This document shows, piece by piece, positions 10,801 through 20,800 of a DNA stretch of 64,000 nucleotides. The DNA comes from Verrucomicrobiota bacterium (GTDB taxonomy: Bacteria > Verrucomicrobiota > Verrucomicrobiia > Verrucomicrobiales > Akkermansiaceae). Within the stretch, counting starts at the first letter, position 1. Each line of letters opens with the position of its first letter. A model generated the notes under the pieces. That model searched no databases. It saw nothing but the letters and a program-made list of their open reading frames with translations, and was not told the origin of the DNA. Location of the stretch: contig JBAXLW010000002.1 of assembly GCA_037134575.1 (NCBI GenBank), positions 5,181-69,180 on the forward strand, given 5' to 3'. The position numbers were made by a program, and so were the translations under genes.

Positions 10801-11340
10801 GTTGGCAGAGGCTCGTCCTTTGAAAAATCGCTCCGATTCCGCTTCCAAGGCATCCAGCACACGCTGAACCGGAGTGCCGCCAAGGCTCGCGGAGAAAAGC
10901 GCTTTGCCGATGTCTCCATCGCCTCCGAGAATCTGGCGCGCACCTTCGCGCAACTCGCTGCTGCCCAGCCCAAACATGGTGGAGAAAAAGCTCTGCTCAA
11001 CGTTTCCGAGAAACGGCAGAAGCGCATGGTCCGGCAAGGGATTGCCGCTCTCGTCCAGCAGGGTGTTTTTATTTCCCTTGCGCCGCTGGAAGCTCAGACG
11101 CACGCCGGCCCGGTTCGTGATCTCACCCAACAAGCGCATGTTCTTGTATTCATGCAGGAAATTGTCCGGCGACTGGCCGTGAATGCCATACAGCAAGTCC
11201 CGCGTCGCCCGCAAAAGGGAACTCTTGCCCGCTTCGTTTTTGCCGTAAAACACATGCAGGTCGTGTTCCCGGGGCGGAAACATGAGGTCGAGATTGGTGA
11301 AGGGACCGAAGGCCGGTATTTGCAAACGATCAAATCTCAT
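7864..11340 (-). CDS. yhaN: YhaN-family SMC/SbcC-like ATPase (AAA_27)
   Basis: MRFDRLQIPAFGPF start, Walker A YGKNEAGKSS, long coiled coil, signature MSEGTRDQLYLALRLA, Walker B LILDDLLITFD, H-loop FTHHEH. Start at 11340 overlaps the yhaO stop (ATGA). Confidence 0.9.
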   Translation of the reverse strand: MRFDRLQIPAFGPFTNLDLMFPPREHDLHVFYGKNEAGKSSLLRATRDLLYGIHGQSPDNFLHEYKNMRLLGEITNRAGVRLSFQRRKGNKNTLLDESGNPLPDHALLPFLGNVEQSFFSTMFGLGSSELREGARQILGGDGDIGKALFSASLGGTPVQRVLDALEAESERFFKGRASANVSIRPAVKRYLDLLKQSREAVVAADVWDELNRNLDADNSRKARLDEEISECEVAIGWMTRCEDALPSVSRFNEELRLLRELPELPQVASDFVERVRTARDEAAEASRKLSDLASQIARDQERLGKCATVPEVLAIEDELDALHQDLGAFRTRKESLANLQSKLAGIEPALLSGMESLEIVGDFNVLEGMRLGSSARLGLEAAAQSLIDAQGRYAASVGKVEESTSAIDGHESELQSLTETDLEPLRAALAVAAEATEADKTLEAARTTVVNLTRKVQDEHTLVHGAPQDLEAASQLQVPAKATLRKFRDRLIELERDLQATAKKIRDENANITKLENDLKRLERRGELPTEESLSQARHHRDHGWHLVLKDWKGGGADEQLDPELPLEEAFPLSILAADHIADQLRLDADAVAQAEEKRMQILTSRNQITETEAAASQLEAAKAETLISWQQEWTPADLQPRSPDEMEEWRESWVQFRDTLGKLRDAEEGLRSKSEQIQRAVVALKAVLGTSEAKSYSVLHEAAKTSLQQGEETVGRRKLITEQLAKLRDELKGLNKTTAAISSEIEAANANWQARSKSAGLAADTPPANGLVLIEERAALIARFDQWKELSGEANKTQELIANYENKVSERATTLRVEAETTESREAALWKVVSAARIAQTEHDQISSQIEDAKTHLTLARQEETNASEILHGLMSLAKISAIEELERLLAALEKKAAIEERLKNIRDTLGGLARGQSVEEFVRLVQAENADDLSQRKARLEVNLLDKRPEIQVVQAGLTELNRQRDEMAKAGDAAADLRQQAESELATLGRDAAQFMRLRLSAQFLRNQIEQFREQNQAPLLEKSGEVFRQITQGAFEGLAAEFNDQDVPVLAGRRPGGTSVAVEGMSEGTRDQLYLALRLAALDRHLEEHEPMPLILDDLLITFDNDRTKAILPQLADLSKRTQIFLFTHHEHLVDLCRESLGVDAFQLHNLSGK

Positions 11341-12593
11341 GCGGTGGTGTCTCCTTTCGTGCGAAGGGCTTCGAGGATGATGGCGCGCACATCTCCCATG
11401 AGTGCCGGGCGCTGGGCTGCGCTCCAATCGGTCTCGACCTCAGCCCGCAGCTCGGGCGGCAGCACATCGAGCATTTCGGTGATGTCACCGGGGAGGGCTT
11501 CCAGTTGCTGGGTGGCCTGTTCCAAGCTCTCCAGCACGGTCCTGGTCAGTGCGTCCCGCTCTGCCAGTTCACCCAGATCATAAACGGGAGAAGTGGCCAC
11601 TTTAATCTGCTCGATCCAGATGGCGTCCTCACCGAAATCCTGGGCGATGGCCTCGGTCTCCGCCCGGAAGCGCACGGTATCCCGGAGCAGGATTCCATGA
11701 AGCGGACTCGCTCCAGTCAGCACCAGCCGGGCCGCTAGTAAGCGCCCTTCGGCACTATCGATGGCCCGCGACAAGGCATCGCGGATGCGACGCAAGACTT
11801 CCGGTTCCTCTTCCAGCCCTGCGAGATCCACCTCGACCGCCGCCCAGCGCACCACATCCAAGTTGCACCAATCCGCCGACTCGACATCGAGGTGATCGTT
11901 CACGGTCACCAAGTAACATCCACGCGGGCCGGTTTCGCGAGCGTGACGCCCTTGGCAGTTGCCGGCGAAGACGATCCAGGGTTCCTCGCTGATTACCTCG
12001 GGTTGATGGATGTGTCCCAACGCCCAGTAGCCATATCCCTTCGCCTGCAAGTCCTGCACCGAACACGGGGCATAGGTGTCATGGCCGGGGCGTCCGGTTA
12101 GGCTGGTGTGGAGTAGTCCGATATTGAACATGCCTGCAACGGCCGCCGGATAGTCCTGCGCTAAATTCTCTGGCACCGCGCGGTGTGGGAATCCGCGCCC
12201 GTGGACAACGGCAGGGACGTCCGGAACCTCCTTCGTTTCCGCCGTGCGGGTGGAAAACAGCCGCACGTTGTCCGGCAGTGACAACTTTTTAGAAATGACT
12301 GAAGCGGCATCATGGTTGCCAGTGATCAGGAAAACAGGAACGCCCTGATTGTTGAGCCGGACCATCTGGCCACGGAAAAACAAACCCGTATTGTAGTCCT
12401 TCCAATCGCCATCATAGAGATCGCCCGCGATCAGGAGGAAATCGACTTTCTCCTCAATGGCCAAGGTCACCAGATTCTCAAATGCCCGGCGGGTGGCTCC
12501 ACGGAGCAGTTGCGTGGGCGCACCCTCATGCGCCTCCAACCCCCGGAGTGGGCTGTCGAGGTGGGGGTCTGCGGCGTGGATGAAGCGGAACAT
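11337..12593 (-). CDS. yhaO: YhaO-family SbcD/Mre11-like metallophosphoesterase nuclease
   Basis: FIHAADPHLD, IAGDLYD, GNHD, LLHTS, WALGHIH and AGNCQGRH motifs. Confidence 0.92.
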   Translation of the reverse strand: MFRFIHAADPHLDSPLRGLEAHEGAPTQLLRGATRRAFENLVTLAIEEKVDFLLIAGDLYDGDWKDYNTGLFFRGQMVRLNNQGVPVFLITGNHDAASVISKKLSLPDNVRLFSTRTAETKEVPDVPAVVHGRGFPHRAVPENLAQDYPAAVAGMFNIGLLHTSLTGRPGHDTYAPCSVQDLQAKGYGYWALGHIHQPEVISEEPWIVFAGNCQGRHARETGPRGCYLVTVNDHLDVESADWCNLDVVRWAAVEVDLAGLEEEPEVLRRIRDALSRAIDSAEGRLLAARLVLTGASPLHGILLRDTVRFRAETEAIAQDFGEDAIWIEQIKVATSPVYDLGELAERDALTRTVLESLEQATQQLEALPGDITEMLDVLPPELRAEVETDWSAAQRPALMGDVRAIILEALRTKGDTTA

Positions 12594-12598
12594 GGGTG

Positions 12599-13690
12599 TT
12601 AGGAAGTAATCGGAGGGGTTGGGTCTTGCAGGAGTTTCTGTTGTCGGAATCCTTCCAGCTCGCGTTCTAGCTCCTCGCGCAGCTCGGCCTCGCTGGGGAG
12701 GATGAGTTTGTATTTGGTGGCGAATAGCTTTTCGTTGCCATGAAGCACGGAATAGCGAACCACGGTTTCATCCTTGTTGGCGCAGAGGATGATGCCAACA
12801 GTCGGATCGTCCTCCGGTCCCCGCCGCTGGTCGTCGTAGAGGCGCACATACATGTCCATCTGCCCGATGTCCTGATGCGTCAGCTCGTCTGTTTTCAGAT
12901 CGAACAAAACGAAGCACTTGAGCAGGTAGTTGTAAAAAACGAGGTCGATGTAGAAATCCTTGCTCTCCGTGCTGTTGCGCTGCTGGCGGGCGACGAATGC
13001 GAAGCCCTTGCCCAGCTCCAAGAGGAAGGATTGGAGGTTATCGAGGATCGCATCTTCTAGCTTTGATTCCAGCAGGCGGCCTGTTCCCGGTAGACCAAGA
13101 AATTCCAGCATCACCGGATCACGGACGAAATCGCGGGGTGTCGGGTCCACTTCGGCGAGTTTGACATCGGCTTCAGTCAGGACGGCCTTGCGATCTTTGC
13201 TGGCGAGCAGGCGCTCATAATAAAGGGTGCTGATCTGGCGTCCGAGTTGGCGGGTGCTCCAATTTTGCTCCGCTGCTTCCTTGGCATACCACTCGCGGGC
13301 GCGCGGGTCATCAAGGCGCAGAAGAAGGCGGTAGTGGGTCCAGCTCAATTTTAGACGCAGTGCGTCTAAATTCTCAAACAGCCGGTAGAACTGAGTCATC
13401 TTGTAAAGGTTCGACGCATCAAACCCTTTTCCAAACTCCTCCGTAAGCCGCGTGGCCATTTGCACCAGAAGCCCGGCTCCATACTCGGCCCGGGTCTTGC
13501 CGCCTTGCTCGAACTCGACGATGTGCCGTCCCACTTCCCAACAGGTGCGGACTTGGACAAGATCCACCGCCCGCAGCGCTTGTTGCCGCGCTTGGACGAT
13601 GAGAGTGCGCAATTCGCCCAGCAAGGAGTCGAATCCCGGCTTGGCCCGCGGGGAGGATGGGGGTTTTGAAAGAGCGGTTTTCTTCTTCAC
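12599..13690 (-). CDS. yhcG: YhcG/DUF1016 PD-(D/E)XK nuclease
   Basis: WEVGRHIVEFEQGG, LSWTHY, RDPVMLEFLG, FLLELGKGFAFVARQ, FYIDLVFY, FDLK and DIGQMDMY motifs. Confidence 0.92.
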   Translation of the reverse strand: MKKKTALSKPPSSPRAKPGFDSLLGELRTLIVQARQQALRAVDLVQVRTCWEVGRHIVEFEQGGKTRAEYGAGLLVQMATRLTEEFGKGFDASNLYKMTQFYRLFENLDALRLKLSWTHYRLLLRLDDPRAREWYAKEAAEQNWSTRQLGRQISTLYYERLLASKDRKAVLTEADVKLAEVDPTPRDFVRDPVMLEFLGLPGTGRLLESKLEDAILDNLQSFLLELGKGFAFVARQQRNSTESKDFYIDLVFYNYLLKCFVLFDLKTDELTHQDIGQMDMYVRLYDDQRRGPEDDPTVGIILCANKDETVVRYSVLHGNEKLFATKYKLILPSEAELREELERELEGFRQQKLLQDPTPPITS

Positions 13691-16600
13691 CGGGTCGCCT
13701 CCTTCTGTGCCTTCGTTAGATGCACATCATTCACGCGATCTCCGGTGAAGGTGCTGCCTTTCCAGAACCAGGGGGACTCGGATTTTTCGCGTTGGGGTTC
13801 TTTGCCGCGGTCTTTGTCCCATTTGATGTTGGGCTTGGCGCGAAGGAGGCCGGCTCCTTTTTTGCCGCCGGGGAGGTCGGTGGTCATGAAGGGGCGGATG
13901 TTCATGCGGACGCCGTCGTTGAGGTCGGGGAGCCAGCCGATGGCCTGCTTGGAGAGCGGCTTCCAGCGGACGAAGAGGTCGTAGGGTGGTTCGCCTTCGA
14001 GGATGAGCTTGAGGCGGGTTTGGAGTAGCTTGGCGGCTTGCAGCTTGGCGTCACTGCCGGCCTCCTCAGCTTCCACGGCGGCTTGCTGGCGGCGGATCCA
14101 ATCGCCGAGGTAGGCGTAGGTGAGTTTTTCGAGGGTGGCGTGGGTGAGAGTGTGGTAGTTCACCAGCGCGCTGAAGCCGCTCTTGTGGCCGTCCCAGATG
14201 TGCCAGATGAAAGGGCGGTGGTGGAAGAGCGCGCAGTGCTGCTCGAAGAACTCGTCGCGCAGCCAGTCTTCGAGGGTTTCGGATTTACTGCCTTTCTTGC
14301 CGCCCGGGCCGGCGCTGGCGATGAGGGTGGGCAGGTCCAGCTTGCCCATGGCTTGAGCGAGCAGGGCGCGCAGGCGTTCGGCGGCGGGAGCTTCGCCTTT
14401 GGTGGCGGAGAGGCACACGATGCCATCGTCATCCGCCAACGTTTCCAAGCCATCCGGGCCGAGCGCCGGGCAATCGGGAAAACTTGAACCGGACTGGCGA
14501 GGCCACTGGTAGCCGAGCAACCGCGCCACGGCCACGTGCAACGGCTGGTCTGCACCGGCAGGGTGGCCGTTGAACAGCCATTGCGTCGGGTCGCTGGAAA
14601 ACGGCTTCGGCAATCCGTGCGGATATTTCTCCGCCGCCACCTTCTGCCAGTGCGCCAGGTCGAGGGGGACTTTGATCAATGTTGCATTCGTAACCATGAC
14701 CTTTTGATCAAGTGTTCGGACTGCGGTCGAGAAATCTGGTGAAGAGCAAAAGCACCAAAGAGCACACAAATCATCAGGTTCTCCCAGTGTTATCGCACTG
14801 ACGTTGCTGGAAAAAATCTCACCAGTATAAAGGGTGGCGGACAAGTTGCCGATTACTGAAACTGCCACACCTTTCTTTCCCCAACCAAGTTTGCCCCTAA
14901 ATGGGTTCTGTGATATTTCTGCGATTCCGCCACCGCCATCAGTCCAATACAGTATGCTTTGACGCCCACCGTAACAGTCTGTCGGGCACGATTCCTGAAT
15001 GAACTCCCACCCATTTGAGACGATTCCTATTTCCCAGAACCCTCGTCCTAGCCTCGGGTAGTCGCCTGTGGCCAAGCCTTGCCATGCGTCAGCCAACGTA
15101 GAAAGTTGTGGGCTATCTACCGAATTGGCTTGGTGGGTAATCCGACAATCAGGATTTTTTAGCTGCTCAGCCTGCCCCAGTCTTACAACCTCTGCATTCT
15201 GGAGTGCGATTGATTTCTCAATTGGACCTTTTTCATCAGCTACATCAAGTCCTGCGAACTCATGCTCTTGATTCGGCCGCCGACATTCGAGTGTGCAGAG
15301 CAAGATATTAAAGTCCCACATGGGAGTTTGAAATGCCTTTGGTCCTAACCGGGTGACAAAATTCCATGAAATATCACGAAGCAGTGTTTGCCGTAACAGC
15401 TTGTAGCTGCCGAGGGAGAGCCAATTCTGGGGCGTGACGATGGCTGTAATCCCACCGTTTGCGCAGAAGGTGAGGCATCGCTCAACAAAACAGGTAGCTA
15501 AGTCGGTTTTGGCTGTTGGATGGGCGCGTTCACAATAATCCATTAGCGTCGCCTCCTGCTTTGGCCTTCCCAAATATGGCACGTTGGTGGCGACGAGCGT
15601 GAACTGGCCGGCGAGAATTTCCGCCGCCTTGGCCAGGCCGCGCGCGGTCACGGCCATTTCATGCGCGGTGTCGTCCTTGGTCTCCTGCGCCAGCGCCTTT
15701 TCCAGCAGCGGCTGGAGTTCATGGAACGCGGCCACCAGCAAATCGCCCTCGCCGGCGCGCGGGTTGATGAGGCTGCCCAGCACCGCCGCCTTTTGGAACA
15801 GCCGGTAAAGCCGCTCCATGCCGCGCTGGAGCTTCTGGTTGTCGCCGGCAATCGCCAGCCAGTCGGCTTCGCGGGTGTTCGGCGCGAGGCCGGAGCAGGC
15901 CAGGTTCATCGCCGGCAGCTTGCAGTGGCCCACGCGCCGCCACGCGGCCAGCGCCAGGTTGAACGCGCCAATCTGCGTGCAGCGCGGGTCTATCTCCAAG
16001 CCGAAGAGGTTGTCGCGGATGACCGCCGCCACCGCCGCCGCTTCGTCCAGCTTTTCCTCGGCCAGGCGCAAGGCCACCAGCCGCTCGAACATCGCCACGA
16101 CGAAGTGGCCGCTACCCATGCAAGGGTCGAGACACTTGAGTTCCTTTGCCGTTTTCGGCCAGCCGTCAAAGGAGCCGGAGGCGGGTGTCCACTTGCCGTC
16201 CTTCTCGATAAATCGGAGATATTTCCACGGACACCCGGGGAGAGCACAGGATTGGCGGAGTTCGTCCTCGCTGGTGGCACTTTCCGCCAGCTTGGGGTTT
16301 GCGGCGAGGACTTTGCCGGCGTGCCATGCGCCGAGGGTGTTATCCAAGAGGAAGTCCACCATGTAATCCTCGGTGAACAGTTGCGTGACGGACGGCAGTT
16401 CATCCGCGCCGATCTTGTTGCCGGAGGCGTTTGACTCAATTTTTTTATCGGCCTGCCAGAACTGGTAGCACCAGCCGAGGCTGTCACCAGCAGTGAATAC
16501 ATCCCTCGGCAAATCGGTGACGAGAGCGATGAGCGGATTGCGATCCTCGACTGGCAGTTCCACTACGCCGGCCGGGTCGTCGGCGCGGAAGATCTCCGGT

Positions 16601-17025
16601 AGCTCGGCAGCGGCAAAGCGTGCGGCAACGGCCCAGGCATCCTTCAAGCCCTGGGACGGGGCGAGTTCCTCGCAGTCGTCCAGAGAGACAGCCACCCCGT
16701 GCTCCGGGGAGATAAGGAGATCGTTCGCCAGTAGATATTGGGCGAAGAGAATGCGGTGCCACTGGTCGTAGGCGAGCTTCTCCACAAGGTGAGTGATTTC
16801 GTAGCTGCCGCGTTTGGTGTGGCTCTCGCCATCGCCGAGCTGCCGTGCTTGCGCGCGGAGCCTGCGACGCAAGGTGCGCTGAGCCTCATCCATGTGCGGG
16901 TAAGGATCCGGCTCATGGACAGCGAGGGCTTTGAGGGACTTGCGCGCACCACCCGTGGCGATCTTGCGGGCCTGTTTGACGGCGCTTTCTAGCAGGCGGC
17001 GGTGAGCGGTGGTGAGAGAGTTCAT
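13687..17025 (-). CDS. pglX: BREX adenine methyltransferase PglX (Eco57I-like)
   Basis: TQLFTEDYMV, motif I LDPCMGSGHF, motif IV variant ATNVPY; located between brxC and pglZ. Confidence 0.9.
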   Translation of the reverse strand: MNSLTTAHRRLLESAVKQARKIATGGARKSLKALAVHEPDPYPHMDEAQRTLRRRLRAQARQLGDGESHTKRGSYEITHLVEKLAYDQWHRILFAQYLLANDLLISPEHGVAVSLDDCEELAPSQGLKDAWAVAARFAAAELPEIFRADDPAGVVELPVEDRNPLIALVTDLPRDVFTAGDSLGWCYQFWQADKKIESNASGNKIGADELPSVTQLFTEDYMVDFLLDNTLGAWHAGKVLAANPKLAESATSEDELRQSCALPGCPWKYLRFIEKDGKWTPASGSFDGWPKTAKELKCLDPCMGSGHFVVAMFERLVALRLAEEKLDEAAAVAAVIRDNLFGLEIDPRCTQIGAFNLALAAWRRVGHCKLPAMNLACSGLAPNTREADWLAIAGDNQKLQRGMERLYRLFQKAAVLGSLINPRAGEGDLLVAAFHELQPLLEKALAQETKDDTAHEMAVTARGLAKAAEILAGQFTLVATNVPYLGRPKQEATLMDYCERAHPTAKTDLATCFVERCLTFCANGGITAIVTPQNWLSLGSYKLLRQTLLRDISWNFVTRLGPKAFQTPMWDFNILLCTLECRRPNQEHEFAGLDVADEKGPIEKSIALQNAEVVRLGQAEQLKNPDCRITHQANSVDSPQLSTLADAWQGLATGDYPRLGRGFWEIGIVSNGWEFIQESCPTDCYGGRQSILYWTDGGGGIAEISQNPFRGKLGWGKKGVAVSVIGNLSATLYTGEIFSSNVSAITLGEPDDLCALWCFCSSPDFSTAVRTLDQKVMVTNATLIKVPLDLAHWQKVAAEKYPHGLPKPFSSDPTQWLFNGHPAGADQPLHVAVARLLGYQWPRQSGSSFPDCPALGPDGLETLADDDGIVCLSATKGEAPAAERLRALLAQAMGKLDLPTLIASAGPGGKKGSKSETLEDWLRDEFFEQHCALFHHRPFIWHIWDGHKSGFSALVNYHTLTHATLEKLTYAYLGDWIRRQQAAVEAEEAGSDAKLQAAKLLQTRLKLILEGEPPYDLFVRWKPLSKQAIGWLPDLNDGVRMNIRPFMTTDLPGGKKGAGLLRAKPNIKWDKDRGKEPQREKSESPWFWKGSTFTGDRVNDVHLTKAQKEATR

Positions 17026-17810
17026 GAAATTTGTGTCTCGATTATGGCGAGCAATTCGTTACGGGGATTGGTGGGAGATCTGTCGCGGCGGAGGTCTATA
17101 CCGAAGACGAATTGCTCTAATTTATCGGGTGCGACTTCGAGCTGGGCAGCCCAGTCGTTCATCAGCGTGACATACTCCACGTAGGCATTTGACTGGACCT
17201 CCGGATCGTTTTTCAAGCTGATGGCTTTGTATCTCGCCAGGGATGTATGTGAGGGGATCGTGAACAAATCCCGCGCTTCTTTGGTGCCTTTGGATTGGCC
17301 GCGGAGCGCGAAAAACGCGTTCGTCGTCCAACGGTCTAGAATCAAGGGCTTGGGATTCACCCGGGCGTCAGCGGCACCAACGAAGAAGAATATCTTCGTA
17401 AAGAAGCTCATTCCCACGCCCGGAATGGAGTTCTCTCCGCTGCTGCAACAACTGCGGAAAGCTTCTTCGAGCTTCCCACCCTTCACCAAATCCTGAATGC
17501 GATTCAATCGGGTAAGCAATTCAGATTCATCGACAGCGAGCACTTGCTGTAGGCGCATGTCTTTTCTGGTGTCGATGTAGCCCCAGACAAAGGTGGCCAC
17601 CGCAGCAAGAACTGGATCTGTCCATTCGGCGTAAAGTTTCACCAGATCGTCTCGTTGGAGGGAGTTCAATGGGAACGCGTGGTAAAGGCGCTGCATCTGT
17701 GGCTGCTGCCAGCTGAGATAAGCATTGCCAAATTTCGGCAATGTTTGGGCATTCAGTCCGAGAATAGCCTTTGCACGTTTTTTCAGGTATGGTGGGAGGG
17801 TAGATATCAT
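17022..17810 (-). CDS. Putative OGG-fold (HhH) DNA glycosylase-like protein
   Basis: TFVWGY, HhH-like IPGVGMSFFTKIFFF, PLILDRW and Y..YV.LM...A pattern, all resembling OGG-like proteins. 4-nt overlaps with both neighbours. Confidence 0.65.
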   Translation of the reverse strand: MISTLPPYLKKRAKAILGLNAQTLPKFGNAYLSWQQPQMQRLYHAFPLNSLQRDDLVKLYAEWTDPVLAAVATFVWGYIDTRKDMRLQQVLAVDESELLTRLNRIQDLVKGGKLEEAFRSCCSSGENSIPGVGMSFFTKIFFFVGAADARVNPKPLILDRWTTNAFFALRGQSKGTKEARDLFTIPSHTSLARYKAISLKNDPEVQSNAYVEYVTLMNDWAAQLEVAPDKLEQFVFGIDLRRDRSPTNPRNELLAIIETQIS

Positions 17811-20800
17811 AGAATTACGGGGCCGGTTTTGAGTTGTGCTTCCACTTGCTGGCGGACTTGGGCGAACCAGGGGTCGAGGTCGGCTATGGTGTGGAGTGTG
17901 GCGGATGGCAGGGTGATGCGGACGGCCTCGGGTTCGAGCAGGGTGCTGGCTTCTTGCAGGGCGCGGGCGAATCGCTGGGGCACGGCGTCGAGCAGGTTGT
18001 GGCGGTCCGCCAGAGTGCGGGCCTGCAAGGCGGTAAGGATTTCCTCGTCGGTGCCGATGGCAGCCTTCGCCGGTGGCGTGAGCTGGAAGGTGTTCGTGAG
18101 CGTCGTGCGTTGCTCATCGCTGAGGCGCTTCCACAGATCGGAGGCGGCGAGCTTTTCCTCACCGGCCACAAAGGCTGCGGAGAGGTCGCCCTGGAGTTTT
18201 CCAAGTTCGGTGCGCAGGGCGGTGGTGAGCTGTTTGATTAACTCCGGCAGTGGGTCGGGATCAGCAAGCAGGTTCCGGCCACTTGTGATGGCGGCGATGG
18301 AGGTGGCACAGGCCACGCCTTCGGGAAGATCCTTGGCAAAGGCCTGAAAAACCTCCAGGCTCTCCCACTCCGGCCAGCGCTTGGCGATGGCGTCGGCGCT
18401 CTTTTTCCACGTGGTGAGATCGGCGGTGATGGTGTCCTTTTGCTCGTGGAGCTTGAGGAGTTGCGCGTTTCCACTGAGCAACTGGAGATCTTTTACGCTC
18501 CGAGTCGAGGGAGCCTCCGGGCGTGGAGCCTCGCCACCAGCGGAGTCCGCGAGGGCGAGGAGTTTCTGGAGAAAAAGCGCGGCGGCTTCCGGTTCCTTGC
18601 CGTTCTGCGTGGTGACGGCGAGCTTCTGGAAGAGCGCCTTGAGATCGAGCCGCTGCTGCACATTGAGAGGTGGCACATCCACGTAGTAGTGGGCGACACC
18701 CACCTGGTTCTGTGGCAGCGTCTGGGCTTGCACCGGGTTGCCATTCACGGTGGCGCGGAGGTTACCGGCGACAAGCATAACGTAGAGCGCACCGTCAATG
18801 GCATCTTGCGGCCAACCATACGGCGTGGACTTGAAAGCCTCTCGGATGTCCTTGCCCTTCTTCCCGGCACCGATGAGATCGAGAACCCTCCGGCAGACCG
18901 CGTGCTTGGTGACATCACCCTGAAAACTGACCTGGGCGAGTGCGCCCACATCGCCGCCACGCGCCTTGGTGACCACGACACCCCAGTTACCGTGATCCGC
19001 CTCGGAGAACTGCGGGAAGAGACGCGCCATGGCGCTATCTGCCGAGTCCTGCACCTTGTCGGCTAGCTCGATACCGTTGGTTTCCTGACCACCACCAAGG
19101 AAGACCTTGGAGCCGGCAATAACATGCCCGAGCAACTCTTGGATTCGATGACCCGCTACTTGCAGATGGGTCTCGATCGCCTTGCGCGCCTCGATAGCCT
19201 CCGGCGTGTTGGCAGCGCCATGGGAGTTGAGCGTTTCCTGAGCGGCGATCTGGGAGGCGATAGCCTGCTTCAATTCCTCATGATGGAGGCGCGGCAGGAA
19301 GCCGAAGAGCATGGGGCTATCGACCCCGGCGGAGCGTGCGTCGTTTAGAACGGATTTTTCGTCATCGCTCCAACCTTCCCGCAACCAGAGGGTGACCTCG
19401 TCGCTGCTTAGACTTGGTCGGCTGGACGACAGCTCGAAGGCCAGCTTGCGCGGCCAGTTGGAGGCACCCTGCTTCAGGGAAACCGGCTTGAGAGCCTGCT
19501 TGGAGCCGTCCCTAAGAAGTTCCGCACGCTTGGAATTGATGCGTTCGTCGTCGTTCAGGGCAGTGGTGCGGCGGCGATTGAAGTCGTGCGTCCAGACAGC
19601 CCCCTCGCGTGTCTGGAGGCGGAACTCCTTTTCCACGGGCATCAGCTGGCCGTTTTTCACCAGTTCCTCAAGGATCACGGGAACCTGCTGATCCAGCTTG
19701 GGTCTATCCTTTTTTAGGTCGCTCACGAGGAGATCGACCAAGGTCTCGGCATTGGCGCGAACCCCATCGTCGGCACCGGGGGTGCGGGGCAGTTTTCCGA
19801 TTAGGAAGACGAGGGCGCAAATGCTGGAGCGGAGGTCTCCCTCAGGCGTGCCGTCGCGCAACTTACGGATGATCTCGTCGTATTCCCGCTCCAGCTCGCC
19901 GGAGTTGAGGAGATCGGTGGAAATCTGGTCATAGATGAAATCCGCCGGGACGACGGTGCCCACCGATGCGGCGGCTGTCTCCCGGGTGGCCTCGAAGACG
20001 ATCTGCATCTGCGAACGGAGCTGCGCCTTGGTGCCGGAGTGGTCGGTATTGCGCAGGACTTTTTCCCAAAACCGCCTACGGGTGGGGAGAAGCGGGTAGT
20101 CGGCGACGAAGAACTTCTCGTCAGCATGGGTGGCGGCGAGCCGGGAATCCTGGAGGTGGCGGGCAAGCTCGCCTTGGTTGTCTTCCATGCACTTGGCGAT
20201 GGAGGCTTCCTGCTCGGGCTTCTTGCGCAGGACAGTCTTGCGGATGACGTTTTCCACATCAGCGTCGGAAAGGGGGACTTTCACCGTGAAACGGGCTTGG
20301 AGGCGCTGAAGGCTGGGAGTGGTGTTCAGCGCGGACTGGCCGGTGCCGACAATCAGAAGGCGGCTCGCCAAGTCGGTGCTGCAATGCTCGGCAATTTCCT
20401 GGACGTCATTGGCGCGTTGGATTTTCTCGCCGATGAACTGCTGGATTTCGTCCACCACAAGCAAGGTGCAGGGAAGCGTGGTGCCATCGCCATAGACCTG
20501 CTTGAGGAGTTCGAGGGTCTGCTTGATGGTGGGTGAGGTGATCTCGGGCCACCCGGTGCGGATCGCATCCTGGACGTTGGCCAAGGTTCCGTATTTGGGA
20601 TCTGCAGCCAGCAGCGCCTCGGCCAGCGGCACAGAGTAGTTCATGCTCTCGACCTCTTCGAGCAATTCGCAATCGGCCGCTTTGAGGGACTGCGCCACGG
20701 CGGTCTCTAGCCCTGAGGATCGGAGCCACAGCATGAATTTAGCATGGGCGAGATCTTCCGGGAGGCCGGCGGATCGCAGGACAAGCTGGACGAAGGCCAT

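Noticed and set aside
11341-11427. Extended N-termini given by the ORF track (yhaN, brxL, XRE, helicase, amidoligase, portal and others)
   Set aside because: The extensions overlap upstream genes and lack family similarity; downstream ATGs give 4-nt overlaps or short gaps.
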